Source of the DNA: an uncultured Bacteroidota bacterium
GTDB taxonomy: Bacteria > Bacteroidota > Bacteroidia > Bacteroidales > F082
Reading direction: 5' to 3'
Assembly (NCBI GenBank): GCA_900542475.1
Contig: UQNO01000002.1
Location: 64,486 to 128,485, forward strand
DNA: 64,000 nucleotides
How positions within the stretch are numbered: position 1 is the stretch's first letter; each line of letters starts with the position of its first letter. A model generated the notes under the pieces. The model was given only the letters and a program-made list of their open reading frames with translations, had not been told where the DNA came from and did not search any database. Both the position numbers and the translations under genes were made by a program. Positions 1-8,093 of this stretch are shown here, one piece after another.

Positions 1-615
1 AACAGTGATAATCAATTATTTATAAGAGAAAATTTAAAAAAGACAGATATTTTTTCATCGCATTTCGGAAATGATAATCCAGTGATTATGTACATTGGAA
101 GGATTCAGAAACGTAAAAAATTGGATTTGCTTGTTGAAGGTTTCAAAAAATTGAAAGATGATGGTGAAAAATGCAATCTTGTTATTGTTGGTAAAGATGA
201 GGAAGATATTGGTTTATCAAAGATAATCAACGAGTTGTCTCTATGGGAGTCTGTCTGGTTATATGGTCCGTGCTACGAGGAAACCACTATTGGAGAGATG
301 TTTTATAATTCGGCGGTATGTGTGTCGCCCGGCAATGTGGGCTTGACCTCGATTCACTCTCTGACATACGGCTGTCCTGTGGTGACACACGACAATTTTT
401 CTTATCAAATGCCGGAATTTGAGGCCATTACGGCTAATGTGACAGGCAGTTTTTTTAAAATGGATGATATTGACGATTTGATCGAAAAAATAAAATTCTG
501 GCTTGAAAAAACACCTGAAGAGCAAAATACGACACGGGAAGAAGCGTATCGAACCATTGATGAAAAATGGAATATACACTATCAGATTGAAGTGATGAAA
601 AAAGTATTTGCCTAA
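1..615 (+). CDS. Glycosyltransferase family 4 (GT1-fold C-terminal domain); 5' end lies outside the window
   Basis: Frame 1 is open from base 1 with no stop before 615, so the ORF track start at 82 is an internal Met. The C-terminal GT4-like motif is EGFKKL...VIVGKDEEDIG...GCPVVTHD. Confidence 0.8.
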   Translation, partial: NSDNQLFIRENLKKTDIFSSHFGNDNPVIMYIGRIQKRKKLDLLVEGFKKLKDDGEKCNLVIVGKDEEDIGLSKIINELSLWESVWLYGPCYEETTIGEMFYNSAVCVSPGNVGLTSIHSLTYGCPVVTHDNFSYQMPEFEAITANVTGSFFKMDDIDDLIEKIKFWLEKTPEEQNTTREEAYRTIDEKWNIHYQIEVMKKVFA

Positions 616-1934
616 TGCCCAAAATTATCCAGATAAACACCGCCTTGAACTGTGGCTCGCATGGCAGAATCGTGGAGCAGATTTCACATATCGCTGCCGA
701 AAGAGGCTTCGAGACAACCATCGTACATGGCGCTCGTTATGTGAATAAATCGCAATGCTCCGCTATCCAAACAACTACAAGGTTGCAAGAAAAACTGAAC
801 GGCTTGAGAAGTCTGCTGTTCGACGCTCATGGATTAGGTCTGAAAAATGCTACTAAATCGTTGATAACCAAGCTTGAAAGGATAAAACCGGATATTGTCC
901 ATCTGCATAATATTCACGGATATTATCTGAACTATCGTATTTTGTTTGAATATCTTGCTAAAAGTGGCGTGCCTGTCGTCTGGACATTGCACGACTGTTG
1001 GAGCATGACCGGACATTGTGCGCAGTTTGAAAACTATCATTGCGACAAATGGAAGATACAATGCCATGATTGTCAATATCTTACGGATTGGTATCCAAAG
1101 GCTGTCATGGATAACTCGAAGCGGAATTTTGAACTAAAAAAGCAATGTTTCACCTCGGTTGAAAACATGACAATAGTGCCGGTGTCGCATTGGCTTGAAG
1201 ATGTTGTCAAACAGTCGTTCTTGGCGAAATATCCGATAAAAGTCATCAATAATGGCGTTGACATTTCTTCGTTCCGACCGATGCCCGTTTCACCGTCATC
1301 TCGACCGATGTCCGTTTCACCGTCATTTCGACCGATGCCTGTTTCATCGTCATTTCGACCGATGCCTGTTTCATCGTCATTTCGACCGAGCGAAGCGAGT
1401 GGAGAAATCCCCTCCGACAAATTCGTTATCCTTGGTGTCGCCTCTAACTGGGACAACGACAAGGGCGTTCAAGAGTTTGTTAAACTGTCCGAAAATCATG
1501 ATTATCAAGTTGTCATGCTTGGCGTGAAGGACAATTTAAAACAAAAATTGCCCAAGAATATCATTGCGATTTCATGTACCGACAGTCAGGACGAACTCGC
1601 CGAATATTATTCGCTTGCCGATGTTTTTGTAAATCCTACATACAAGGACACCTTTCCGACGGTGAATCTTGAGGCGTTGGCATGCGGAACACCGGTGGTC
1701 ACATATAAAACCGGAGGCAGTCCGGAGTCTGTCACGGCTGAAACAGGAATTGTGGTTGAAAAAGGCTGTTTCAATCAGCTTGTGGAGGCTGTAGAGACAA
1801 TTCGTAAAAACGGAAAACATTATTACACAACGAGTTGTAGAGACAGAGCTGTGAAGTTTTACAATAAAGACAATCGTTTTAAAGATTATATGGATTTGTA
1901 TGAAAATATCCTTGATAACAGTCACATACAATAG
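615..1934 (+). CDS. Glycosyltransferase (GT4-like) carrying an in-frame 9-aa tandem repeat (SSFRPMPVS, about 4.5 copies)
   Basis: 439-aa ORF with a GT4-like N-terminus and a GT1-type C-terminus (VNLEALACGTPVVTYKTGG). The internal repeat is seen directly at 1268-1390. Confidence 0.7.
   Translation: MPKIIQINTALNCGSHGRIVEQISHIAAERGFETTIVHGARYVNKSQCSAIQTTTRLQEKLNGLRSLLFDAHGLGLKNATKSLITKLERIKPDIVHLHNIHGYYLNYRILFEYLAKSGVPVVWTLHDCWSMTGHCAQFENYHCDKWKIQCHDCQYLTDWYPKAVMDNSKRNFELKKQCFTSVENMTIVPVSHWLEDVVKQSFLAKYPIKVINNGVDISSFRPMPVSPSSRPMSVSPSFRPMPVSSSFRPMPVSSSFRPSEASGEIPSDKFVILGVASNWDNDKGVQEFVKLSENHDYQVVMLGVKDNLKQKLPKNIIAISCTDSQDELAEYYSLADVFVNPTYKDTFPTVNLEALACGTPVVTYKTGGSPESVTAETGIVVEKGCFNQLVEAVETIRKNGKHYYTTSCRDRAVKFYNKDNRFKDYMDLYENILDNSHIQ
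1268..1390 (+). repeat. 27-bp in-frame tandem repeat (about 4.5 units) with consensus GTCATTTCGACCGATGCCTGTTTCATC
   Basis: Units start at 1268, 1295, 1322 and 1349, with a partial unit at 1376. Units 3 and 4 are identical. The unit contains the GTCATTTCGACCGATG motif shared with the intergenic MITE-like repeats. Confidence 0.85.
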
Positions 1935-2661
1935 TGCCGAAACCTTGTGCGATACCTTGCAGAGCGTTCTGAATCAGACGTTTAAAGATATTGACTATAT
2001 TATTGTTGATGGCGCTTCAAAAGACAGCACAATGGATATAGTGAAGGAGTTCGAGCCGAAGTTTGAAGGTCGTCTGCGTTGGTTGTCGGAGCCTGACAAA
2101 GGTATTTACGACGCCATGAACAAAGGCGTTATGATGGCGCAGGGCGAGATTGTGAGTATCTTGAACAGCGACGACTTCTTCGCATCAAATGATATCCTTG
2201 AAAAAGTGAATGCTGCTTTCAAGGAAAACCCTGATGTTGACGGTGTTTACGCTGATGTTCGCTACGTCGGCTGGAACGACACAGGCAAAACAGTGCGTAT
2301 GTTCTCCGGCAAGGATTTCAAACGCGAAAAACTCTGCTGGGGCAAAATGCCTCCTCACCCTTCATTTTATGTAAAAAGAGAGTGTTATGACAAATTCGGT
2401 CTCTACAGCCTCGATTATCCGATTTGCGCCGACTACGACATGTTTGTGAAGATGATATGGATGGGAAACATCAACACATTGTATATCAATGATGTTTTTG
2501 TAAATATGAGAAACGGTGGCACGTCGTCGAACGGAATAAAAGTCCACAGAAAGATAATGAGAGAGAGGATGCGCTGCGTGCGCGAACATAATATGCCAAG
2601 CAATTTCTTCAAGCAGACATCGCGTTATTTTGGTAAAATATTCAGTCTTTTAAGAAAATAA
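1900..2661 (+). CDS. Glycosyltransferase family 2
   Basis: N-terminal GT2 signature ISLITVTYNSAETL...DYIIVDGASKD. Overlaps the upstream gene by 35 nt. Confidence 0.8.
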   Translation: MKISLITVTYNSAETLCDTLQSVLNQTFKDIDYIIVDGASKDSTMDIVKEFEPKFEGRLRWLSEPDKGIYDAMNKGVMMAQGEIVSILNSDDFFASNDILEKVNAAFKENPDVDGVYADVRYVGWNDTGKTVRMFSGKDFKREKLCWGKMPPHPSFYVKRECYDKFGLYSLDYPICADYDMFVKMIWMGNINTLYINDVFVNMRNGGTSSNGIKVHRKIMRERMRCVREHNMPSNFFKQTSRYFGKIFSLLRK

Positions 2662-2664
2662 GCC

Positions 2665-4029
2665 ATGAAACACATGAAGTTATATAAAAACTGGTATCGC
2701 TTTTTTGCCAATTCAATATTGGTTTTGATGGCGTTGTTGTGTTACATTTATGTCTGGTTCAACTACGTGAATGTGATGCTGGATAAAACATATATCATGA
2801 AGGGGAACTTCTTGGTGTTGGGCGTTTATGCCGTCATTATCACATATTTCATAAGTTTTTTCGGCGGATTTAATATAGGGGTGAACAAGAAATCCAATGT
2901 GATTATCTCGCAAATCATCGGGCTTTTAATATCAAACGGCATTTATTTTGTCGTGACGGTGATGATGGCGGGTTATATGCATCGCATTCCGAGGTTGTTG
3001 TTATACTACGGATGCACTTTCATTGTGCAAGCCGTCCTGGTGTCTTTCGTCTCGTATATGTTCATGACGCTGTTTTATAAGATATTTCCGCCTTATAAAG
3101 TGTTGAATATCAGAGGTAATCATGATAATAATCTGGCAGATAAGTTCGATTCGAGAAACGATAAATATAATGTGGCTGGCGAAATAAGTTTTGACGCGGA
3201 TATGGAAGAAATTGACAATATTGTTGATGATTATGACGCCGTTTTGATAAACGATGTGCCGAGTGAGAAGCGGAACCGTATCTTGAAGATATGTTTTGCG
3301 AAAAACAAGAGAGTGTACATCACGCCCAAGATTTCGGATATTATCATCAAAAGCGCCGACACCCTGGCTGTTTTCGACACTCCTTTGCTTTTGGCCAACA
3401 ACAGCACTCTTTCGATAACTGAAAGGGCGGTGAAACGGGCCTTCGACATCTTTTTGTCGGCCTTTGGGTTGATATTGCTCTCACCGCTGATGATATTGGT
3501 TTCGATGGCTATTTTTTTATACGACAGAGGACCTGTTTTTTATCGTCAAGCGAGATACACCAAGGGCGGAAGGATTTTTAAGATATTGAAGTTCAGAAGC
3601 ATGGTGCCCGACGCCGAGAAAGATGGAGTTGCCAGGCTGGCAGCTGACAAGGACGATAGGATTACACCTATAGGAAGATTTATCAGAGCCACGAGATTAG
3701 ACGAGCTTCCCCAGTTTTTCAACATCTTGAGTGGCGACATGAGTTTCGTCGGCCCGCGGCCGGAACGCCCGGAAATCGCCGACGAATACATAAAAGAGCT
3801 GCCGGAGTTCGCTTTTCGTCTAAAGGTCAAGGCTGGACTGACAGGCTATGCGCAGATTTATGGCAAATACAACACCACATCTTACGACAAGCTTAAACTC
3901 GACATGATTTACGTCGAAAACCGCTCGATACTCATGGATTTGAAACTTTTACTATTAACATTGAAGGTTGTCTTTATGAAAGAAAGCACCGAAGGACTTG
4001 AAGACGGACAGATAACAGCAATGAAATAA
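2665..4029 (+). CDS. Polyprenyl glycosylphosphotransferase (bacterial sugar transferase, WbaP/EpsL-like initiating enzyme)
   Basis: N-terminal TM segments plus the C-terminal bacterial sugar-transferase domain (RAFDIFLSAFGLILLSP...DELPQFFNILSGDMSFVGPRPERPE). Confidence 0.85.
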   Translation: MKHMKLYKNWYRFFANSILVLMALLCYIYVWFNYVNVMLDKTYIMKGNFLVLGVYAVIITYFISFFGGFNIGVNKKSNVIISQIIGLLISNGIYFVVTVMMAGYMHRIPRLLLYYGCTFIVQAVLVSFVSYMFMTLFYKIFPPYKVLNIRGNHDNNLADKFDSRNDKYNVAGEISFDADMEEIDNIVDDYDAVLINDVPSEKRNRILKICFAKNKRVYITPKISDIIIKSADTLAVFDTPLLLANNSTLSITERAVKRAFDIFLSAFGLILLSPLMILVSMAIFLYDRGPVFYRQARYTKGGRIFKILKFRSMVPDAEKDGVARLAADKDDRITPIGRFIRATRLDELPQFFNILSGDMSFVGPRPERPEIADEYIKELPEFAFRLKVKAGLTGYAQIYGKYNTTSYDKLKLDMIYVENRSILMDLKLLLLTLKVVFMKESTEGLEDGQITAMK

Positions 4030-4032
4030 GAG

Positions 4033-4782
4033 ATGGAGCCATTAGTTTCCGTAATAATGCCCTGTTACAATGCCGAGCGCTACATAGCGCAAAGCATAGA
4101 GTCGGTATTGGCACAGACCTACCAGAACTGGGAGTTGCTGATAACGGATGACGGCTCAACCGACAGAGTCGTTGAGATTGTCCGTGAATACTGTAAGAAA
4201 GACGGACGAATTGATTTGCTTGTCAACGAGCATAAAGGCATTGCGGAGACAAGAAATGCCTCGATTGCAAGAGCAAAAGGACGGTTTCTGGCGTTTTTGG
4301 ACAATGATGATTTGTGGATGCCTGAAAAACTTGAAAAGCAGATAAGTTTTATGCTTAAACATAAAGTCGGCTTTTCCTATACAAACTATGAACTTATTGA
4401 TAAAAATGGTGTTAGAAAGAACAAAATAATAAAGACACAAGGCATAATCGATTACAAGAAATATTTGAGAAACACTATAATCGGTTGTGGCACTGTGGTT
4501 GTTGACCGTGATATCGTTGGATGTATAAGAATGCCGATAAACGACACAAGCGATGATATGATGTTGTGGCTTTCCATAATGCATAGAGGCTTCAAAGCAT
4601 ATCCACTTGATGAAATCCTGATGAAGTATCGTGTTAGAAAAAAATCTGCTTCAAGCAACAAATTCAAGGCTTCGCGAGATGTTTGGCGAGTTTATCGCGA
4701 CAATGAGGGTTTTGCTGTTGTGAAATCATCATATTATTTTGTTTGTTACGCTTTTAATGCAATAAAAAAACGAATGTTTTGA
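4033..4782 (+). CDS. Glycosyltransferase family 2
   Basis: VSVIMPCYNAERYI...LLITDDGSTD is a GT2 signature, and a DND motif is present. Confidence 0.8.
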   Translation: MEPLVSVIMPCYNAERYIAQSIESVLAQTYQNWELLITDDGSTDRVVEIVREYCKKDGRIDLLVNEHKGIAETRNASIARAKGRFLAFLDNDDLWMPEKLEKQISFMLKHKVGFSYTNYELIDKNGVRKNKIIKTQGIIDYKKYLRNTIIGCGTVVVDRDIVGCIRMPINDTSDDMMLWLSIMHRGFKAYPLDEILMKYRVRKKSASSNKFKASRDVWRVYRDNEGFAVVKSSYYFVCYAFNAIKKRMF

Positions 4783-5615
4783 ACTACGACTTTTTCATAT
4801 ATCGTCATGCCTGGAGATATAATTTGGCTCCCGATTGCGAACCGGAACTCTCTGATGCGCAATTTAAAGAATTGTTGTGTCAAGGTGGTTGGTTTGTCAG
4901 AAACACATTCGATTTTGATTGCAAGGAAAAAACCGATTTCTGGTACGTGATAAAGGATTCGTTCGGTGGGATGGAGGAACACACTTCTAACGAAAGAAGA
5001 AAAATCCGACGTGCTCTGAATGCTTTTGATTACAGGCTTATTGATATTGCAGTTTTAAGAAATCAAGGTTATCCGATAATTAAAGAAACATTTGAGGATT
5101 ACAAAGTTAAAGATCGTCCGATGACGAAAGCTGTTTTTACAGATTATCTTGATTATTGCTCTGAAAACAGATTTAACTATTGGGGCGTTTTTAATAAAGA
5201 CAATCAAGAATTAATAGGCTTCTGCACAGTGCATGTTTGGGATAATTCCTGTGAATACGGTATCTCAGGCATAGTGACGGAGTATAAGCGCAATTCAACT
5301 TATCCATACTATGGACTGTATTTCAAAATGAATGAGTATTACTTGGATGAGAAAAAGTTTGATTACGTTACCGATTCGGCCCGAAGCATCACCGAGCACT
5401 CGAATATCCAGCCGTTTCTTGAGCAGAATTTCAAGTTCAGAAAGGCGTATTGCAAGCTGAAGATTAAATATAAATGGTGGTTCGGGGCAATAGTGAGGCT
5501 GCTGCTGCCATTTAGGAAACTGATAAGAAACAGGAATGTGAGGGCTGTTTTGAACATGCATTTGATGCAGTCGTCAGTTCGACCGAAGCGGAATAAAATG
5601 GAGCGAAATGGATGA
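4779..5615 (+). CDS. Hypothetical protein, possibly a GNAT/FemAB-fold transferase. The last 14 aa or so are encoded by a MITE-like repeat.
   Basis: 278-aa ORF in operon context with GTs. The C-terminal tail SSVRPKRNKMERNG overlaps repeat copy A. Confidence 0.4.
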   Translation: MNYDFFIYRHAWRYNLAPDCEPELSDAQFKELLCQGGWFVRNTFDFDCKEKTDFWYVIKDSFGGMEEHTSNERRKIRRALNAFDYRLIDIAVLRNQGYPIIKETFEDYKVKDRPMTKAVFTDYLDYCSENRFNYWGVFNKDNQELIGFCTVHVWDNSCEYGISGIVTEYKRNSTYPYYGLYFKMNEYYLDEKKFDYVTDSARSITEHSNIQPFLEQNFKFRKAYCKLKIKYKWWFGAIVRLLLPFRKLIRNRNVRAVLNMHLMQSSVRPKRNKMERNG

Positions 5616-5708
5616 ATCTCCTGCAATTGAGTGTTACGGTGCAATGGTTTGTCGGAGATTTATTCACCAAAGGTGAATGCTTTCGCTTCGCTCAGGTCTC
5701 GACTTCGC
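5570..5708. repeat. MITE-like dispersed repeat, copy A (GTCAGTTCGACCGAAGCGGAATAAAATGGAGCGAAATGGA core)
   Basis: Shares an about 40-bp core (AGCGGAATAAAATGGAGCGAAATGGA) with copies B and C. Related copies are at 6659, 7795, 12111 and 17836. Confidence 0.6.
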
Positions 5709-5774
5709 TCGAAATGACGTGTTTGGATGCTTGAAATGACGTGTTTGGATGCTCGAAATGACGTATTTGGACGC
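5709..5774. repeat. 22-bp tandem repeat x3 (TCGAAATGACGTGTTTGGATGC), inverted orientation of the GTCATTTCGA motif
   Basis: Three consecutive near-identical 22-mers. They form the distal inverted terminus of copy A. Confidence 0.8.
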
Positions 5775-5791
5775 TTGACATATCAAAGAAA

Positions 5792-6382
5792 TTGAATATG
5801 ATAATAAAATATATTTTCGATAGATTTTTTTCCTTAATCGGGCTGATATTATTATCTCCCTTTTTGTTGGTGGTTTTTATACTGCATAAGATAAAAATGC
5901 CTAAAGGGTCGTTTATCTATAGGCAGAACAGGGTCGGAAAAGACGGCAAGTTGTTCAAAATCTTCAAGATACGGACTTTGAGAGATAATTCCGAGGAGGC
6001 TGGTTCGGTGACTATAGCTGACGACGAACGCATATTGCCTTTCGGAAAATGGCTGCGCGAGAGCAAAATCGACACGTTTTTGGAACTCATTAATATATTA
6101 ATAGGAGACATGAGTTTCGTGGGTCCGCGTCCCGATGTGCCCGGCTATGCCGACAAACTCGAAGGCGACGACAGAGTCATTCTCAAAATGCGCCCCGGAT
6201 TGACAGGCCCTGCTTCGATAAAATATCGTCACGAAGATGAGATTTTGGCAAGACAAGACAACCCTCAAGAGTATAACGACACAGTAATATGGCCCGACAA
6301 AGTCAAAATCAACAGGGAATATTATGAAAAATGGTCGGTATGGCGCGATGTCTCAATACTTTTTGAAACAATTTTCGGATAG
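5792..6382 (+). CDS. Small monotopic phosphoglycosyl transferase (PglC/WcaJ C-terminal-domain type sugar transferase)
   Basis: 196 aa with a single N-terminal TM and the sugar-transferase motif KIFKIRTL...DMSFVGPRPDVP...PGLTGPASI. Confidence 0.8.
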   Translation: MNMIIKYIFDRFFSLIGLILLSPFLLVVFILHKIKMPKGSFIYRQNRVGKDGKLFKIFKIRTLRDNSEEAGSVTIADDERILPFGKWLRESKIDTFLELINILIGDMSFVGPRPDVPGYADKLEGDDRVILKMRPGLTGPASIKYRHEDEILARQDNPQEYNDTVIWPDKVKINREYYEKWSVWRDVSILFETIFG

Positions 6383-6439
6383 TAATAAATTGAAAATCAA
6401 CAACATATAAAATTTTTTAAAAATATCTTAAAAAAATTG

Positions 6440-6470
6440 TCGCGCGTATTGAAAAACGCCGTACTTTTGC
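6440..6470 (+). promoter_or_regulatory. Candidate Bacteroides-type promoter (-7 TACTTTTG) upstream of tRNA-Asn
   Basis: TAnnTTTG match at 6462-6469 with a TTG about 20 nt upstream. A similar TTTTGCACTCG string recurs upstream of upxY. Confidence 0.4.
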
Positions 6471-6497
6471 ACTCGCAAACGGAGAAAACCGTTGTCA

Positions 6498-6571
6498 GCC
6501 TCCTTAGCTCAGTTGGTTAGAGCATCTGACTGTTAATCAGGGGGTCTCAGGTTCAAGTCCTGAAGGAGGCG
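6498..6571 (+). tRNA. tRNA-Asn (anticodon GTT)
   Basis: Manually folded cloverleaf. The 7-bp acceptor stem is GCCTCCT/AGGAGGC, the anticodon stem is TCTGA/TCAGG with loop CTGTTAA, and GGTTCAAGTCC forms the T-arm. Confidence 0.85.
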
Positions 6572-6620
6572 CGAGAGAGATTACAAAGTGTAATTTTTTA
6601 TGTTTCATGTTATTAATTGA

Positions 6621-6657
6621 GAGAATGGAATCCAAGCGGTTTTCATTCTTTTTTTTA
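6621..6657 (+). terminator. Rho-independent terminator-like hairpin plus T-run after tRNA-Asn
   Basis: AGAATGGAATCCAAGCGGTTTTCATTCT stem-loop followed by TTTTTTTT. Confidence 0.5.
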
Positions 6658-6658
6658 A

Positions 6659-6820
6659 TCCGTGATTTCGACTGTAGCGGAATAAAATGGAGCGAAATGG
6701 AAACTTGAGCGAAGCGAAAGCATTCGCTAAAAGCGGATAAATCTTCTGCATTTGGGTTTTACGGTTCATCTGCTCGAAGAAGATTTCTCGACAACACTTC
6801 GTTTCGCTCGAAAAGACGAG
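6659..6820. repeat. MITE-like dispersed repeat, copy B
   Basis: CGTGATTTCGACTGTAGCGGAATAAAATGGAGCGAAATGGA ... CGCTCGAAAAGACGAG. The termini are imperfect inverted repeats. Confidence 0.55.
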
Positions 6821-6844
6821 TTTGATGAAAAAGCACTGCGAATT

Positions 6845-7813
6845 ATGAAAACTGTTTTAGGTATTGGAAACGCTCTCGTTGATATTTTGACGAGAATTGA
6901 CAACGACAACATTCTCAATGAGTTGGGATTGCCGAAGGGCTCCATGCAGCTTGTTGATGAGAAGACCTCGTCCGAGGTGTCGAAGGTTCTTGAAAAGTTT
7001 GAGAACTCCATGGCGACAGGTGGCTCGGCGGCGAACACCATTCACGGATTGGCGAAGTGCGGGGTGGACTCCGGGTTCATCGGCTTTACGGGCAACGACA
7101 AAGTCGGCCGGTTTTTTGACGATGCCATGAAATCGGTGGGCGTGCGTCCCATCATGTTTCATGGCGACATTCCCTCCGGCGTTGCCCAGGCCATCATCTC
7201 TCCTGATGGGGAGCGCACCTTTGCGACATATCTCGGAGCGGCGGTTTTGCTGAATGAGAGTCTTCTTTCATCAGACATTTTCCAAGGCTGGGACTACTGC
7301 TATGTGGAAGGCTATCTGATTGAAAACCGTCCGCTTTTCAAGAAGGCTATAGAGATGGCTAAAAAGGCGGGCAGCAAAGTGGTTTTAGACCTCGCGTCGT
7401 ACAATGTGGTGGAAGACAACCGCGACTTCTTAATTGAGCTTCTGCCTCGAATCGACATTGTGTTCGCCAACGAGGAAGAAGCCAAGGCGTTGACACAAAG
7501 CACCCCTGAAGCAGCTCTCGATTTCCTCGCCAAAAACTGCGAAATAGCGGTGGTGAAAGTCGGAAGCAAAGGCTCTATGATTAAACATGGCAACGAGAAG
7601 GTTACAGTGGGCTGCAACAAAGTGAACGTTATCGACACCACCGGTGCCGGCGATATGTATGCTGCCGGATTCATGGCAGGACTAATCTTCGGATATGATC
7701 TGAAAATGTGCGGGGAACTCGGCAGCTGCCTCGCCGAAAGAGTGATACAGGTGATGGGGGCGAAACTCACAGAGGAGCAATGGTGCCAAGTGAAGTCGTC
7801 ATTTCGACTGTAG
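6845..7813 (+). CDS. PfkB-family carbohydrate/adenosine kinase
   Basis: GGSAANT plus C-terminal DTTGAGD motifs. The start is set at the internal Met (MKTVLGIGNALVD) because the upstream part of the track ORF (6752-6844) overlaps repeat copy B. The last residues (SSFRL) and the stop codon lie in repeat copy C. Confidence 0.75.
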   Translation: MKTVLGIGNALVDILTRIDNDNILNELGLPKGSMQLVDEKTSSEVSKVLEKFENSMATGGSAANTIHGLAKCGVDSGFIGFTGNDKVGRFFDDAMKSVGVRPIMFHGDIPSGVAQAIISPDGERTFATYLGAAVLLNESLLSSDIFQGWDYCYVEGYLIENRPLFKKAIEMAKKAGSKVVLDLASYNVVEDNRDFLIELLPRIDIVFANEEEAKALTQSTPEAALDFLAKNCEIAVVKVGSKGSMIKHGNEKVTVGCNKVNVIDTTGAGDMYAAGFMAGLIFGYDLKMCGELGSCLAERVIQVMGAKLTEEQWCQVKSSFRL

Positions 7814-7992
7814 CGGAATACAATGAAACGAAATGAATAAGTCCTCCGCATTTGAGCATTGTGGCGCAATTGTTTGTCGGAGACTTGTTCGCCCTAATGG
7901 TTGAATCTTCAACAAACAATTCTTCAAAAATCTTTGAATACTGGAGGTTTTCCTGCCATTTCCCACTCTTCGGGATAGGGTCGAAACGATAT
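7795..7992. repeat. MITE-like dispersed repeat, copy C
   Basis: GTCGTCATTTCGACTGTAGCGGAATACAATGAAACGAAATGAA...TTGTTTGTCGGAGACTTGTTCGCC, with an inverted GTCGAAACGAT near 7980. Confidence 0.5.
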
Positions 7993-8093
7993 TCAAAAAT
8001 ATTGTGAAAAATTAATTATGACTTTCGACTTTTTTGTGTATCTTTGCGCCCAAATTGAAAAAAATAATTGTAAAAGTATAGAATTTAAACAAA

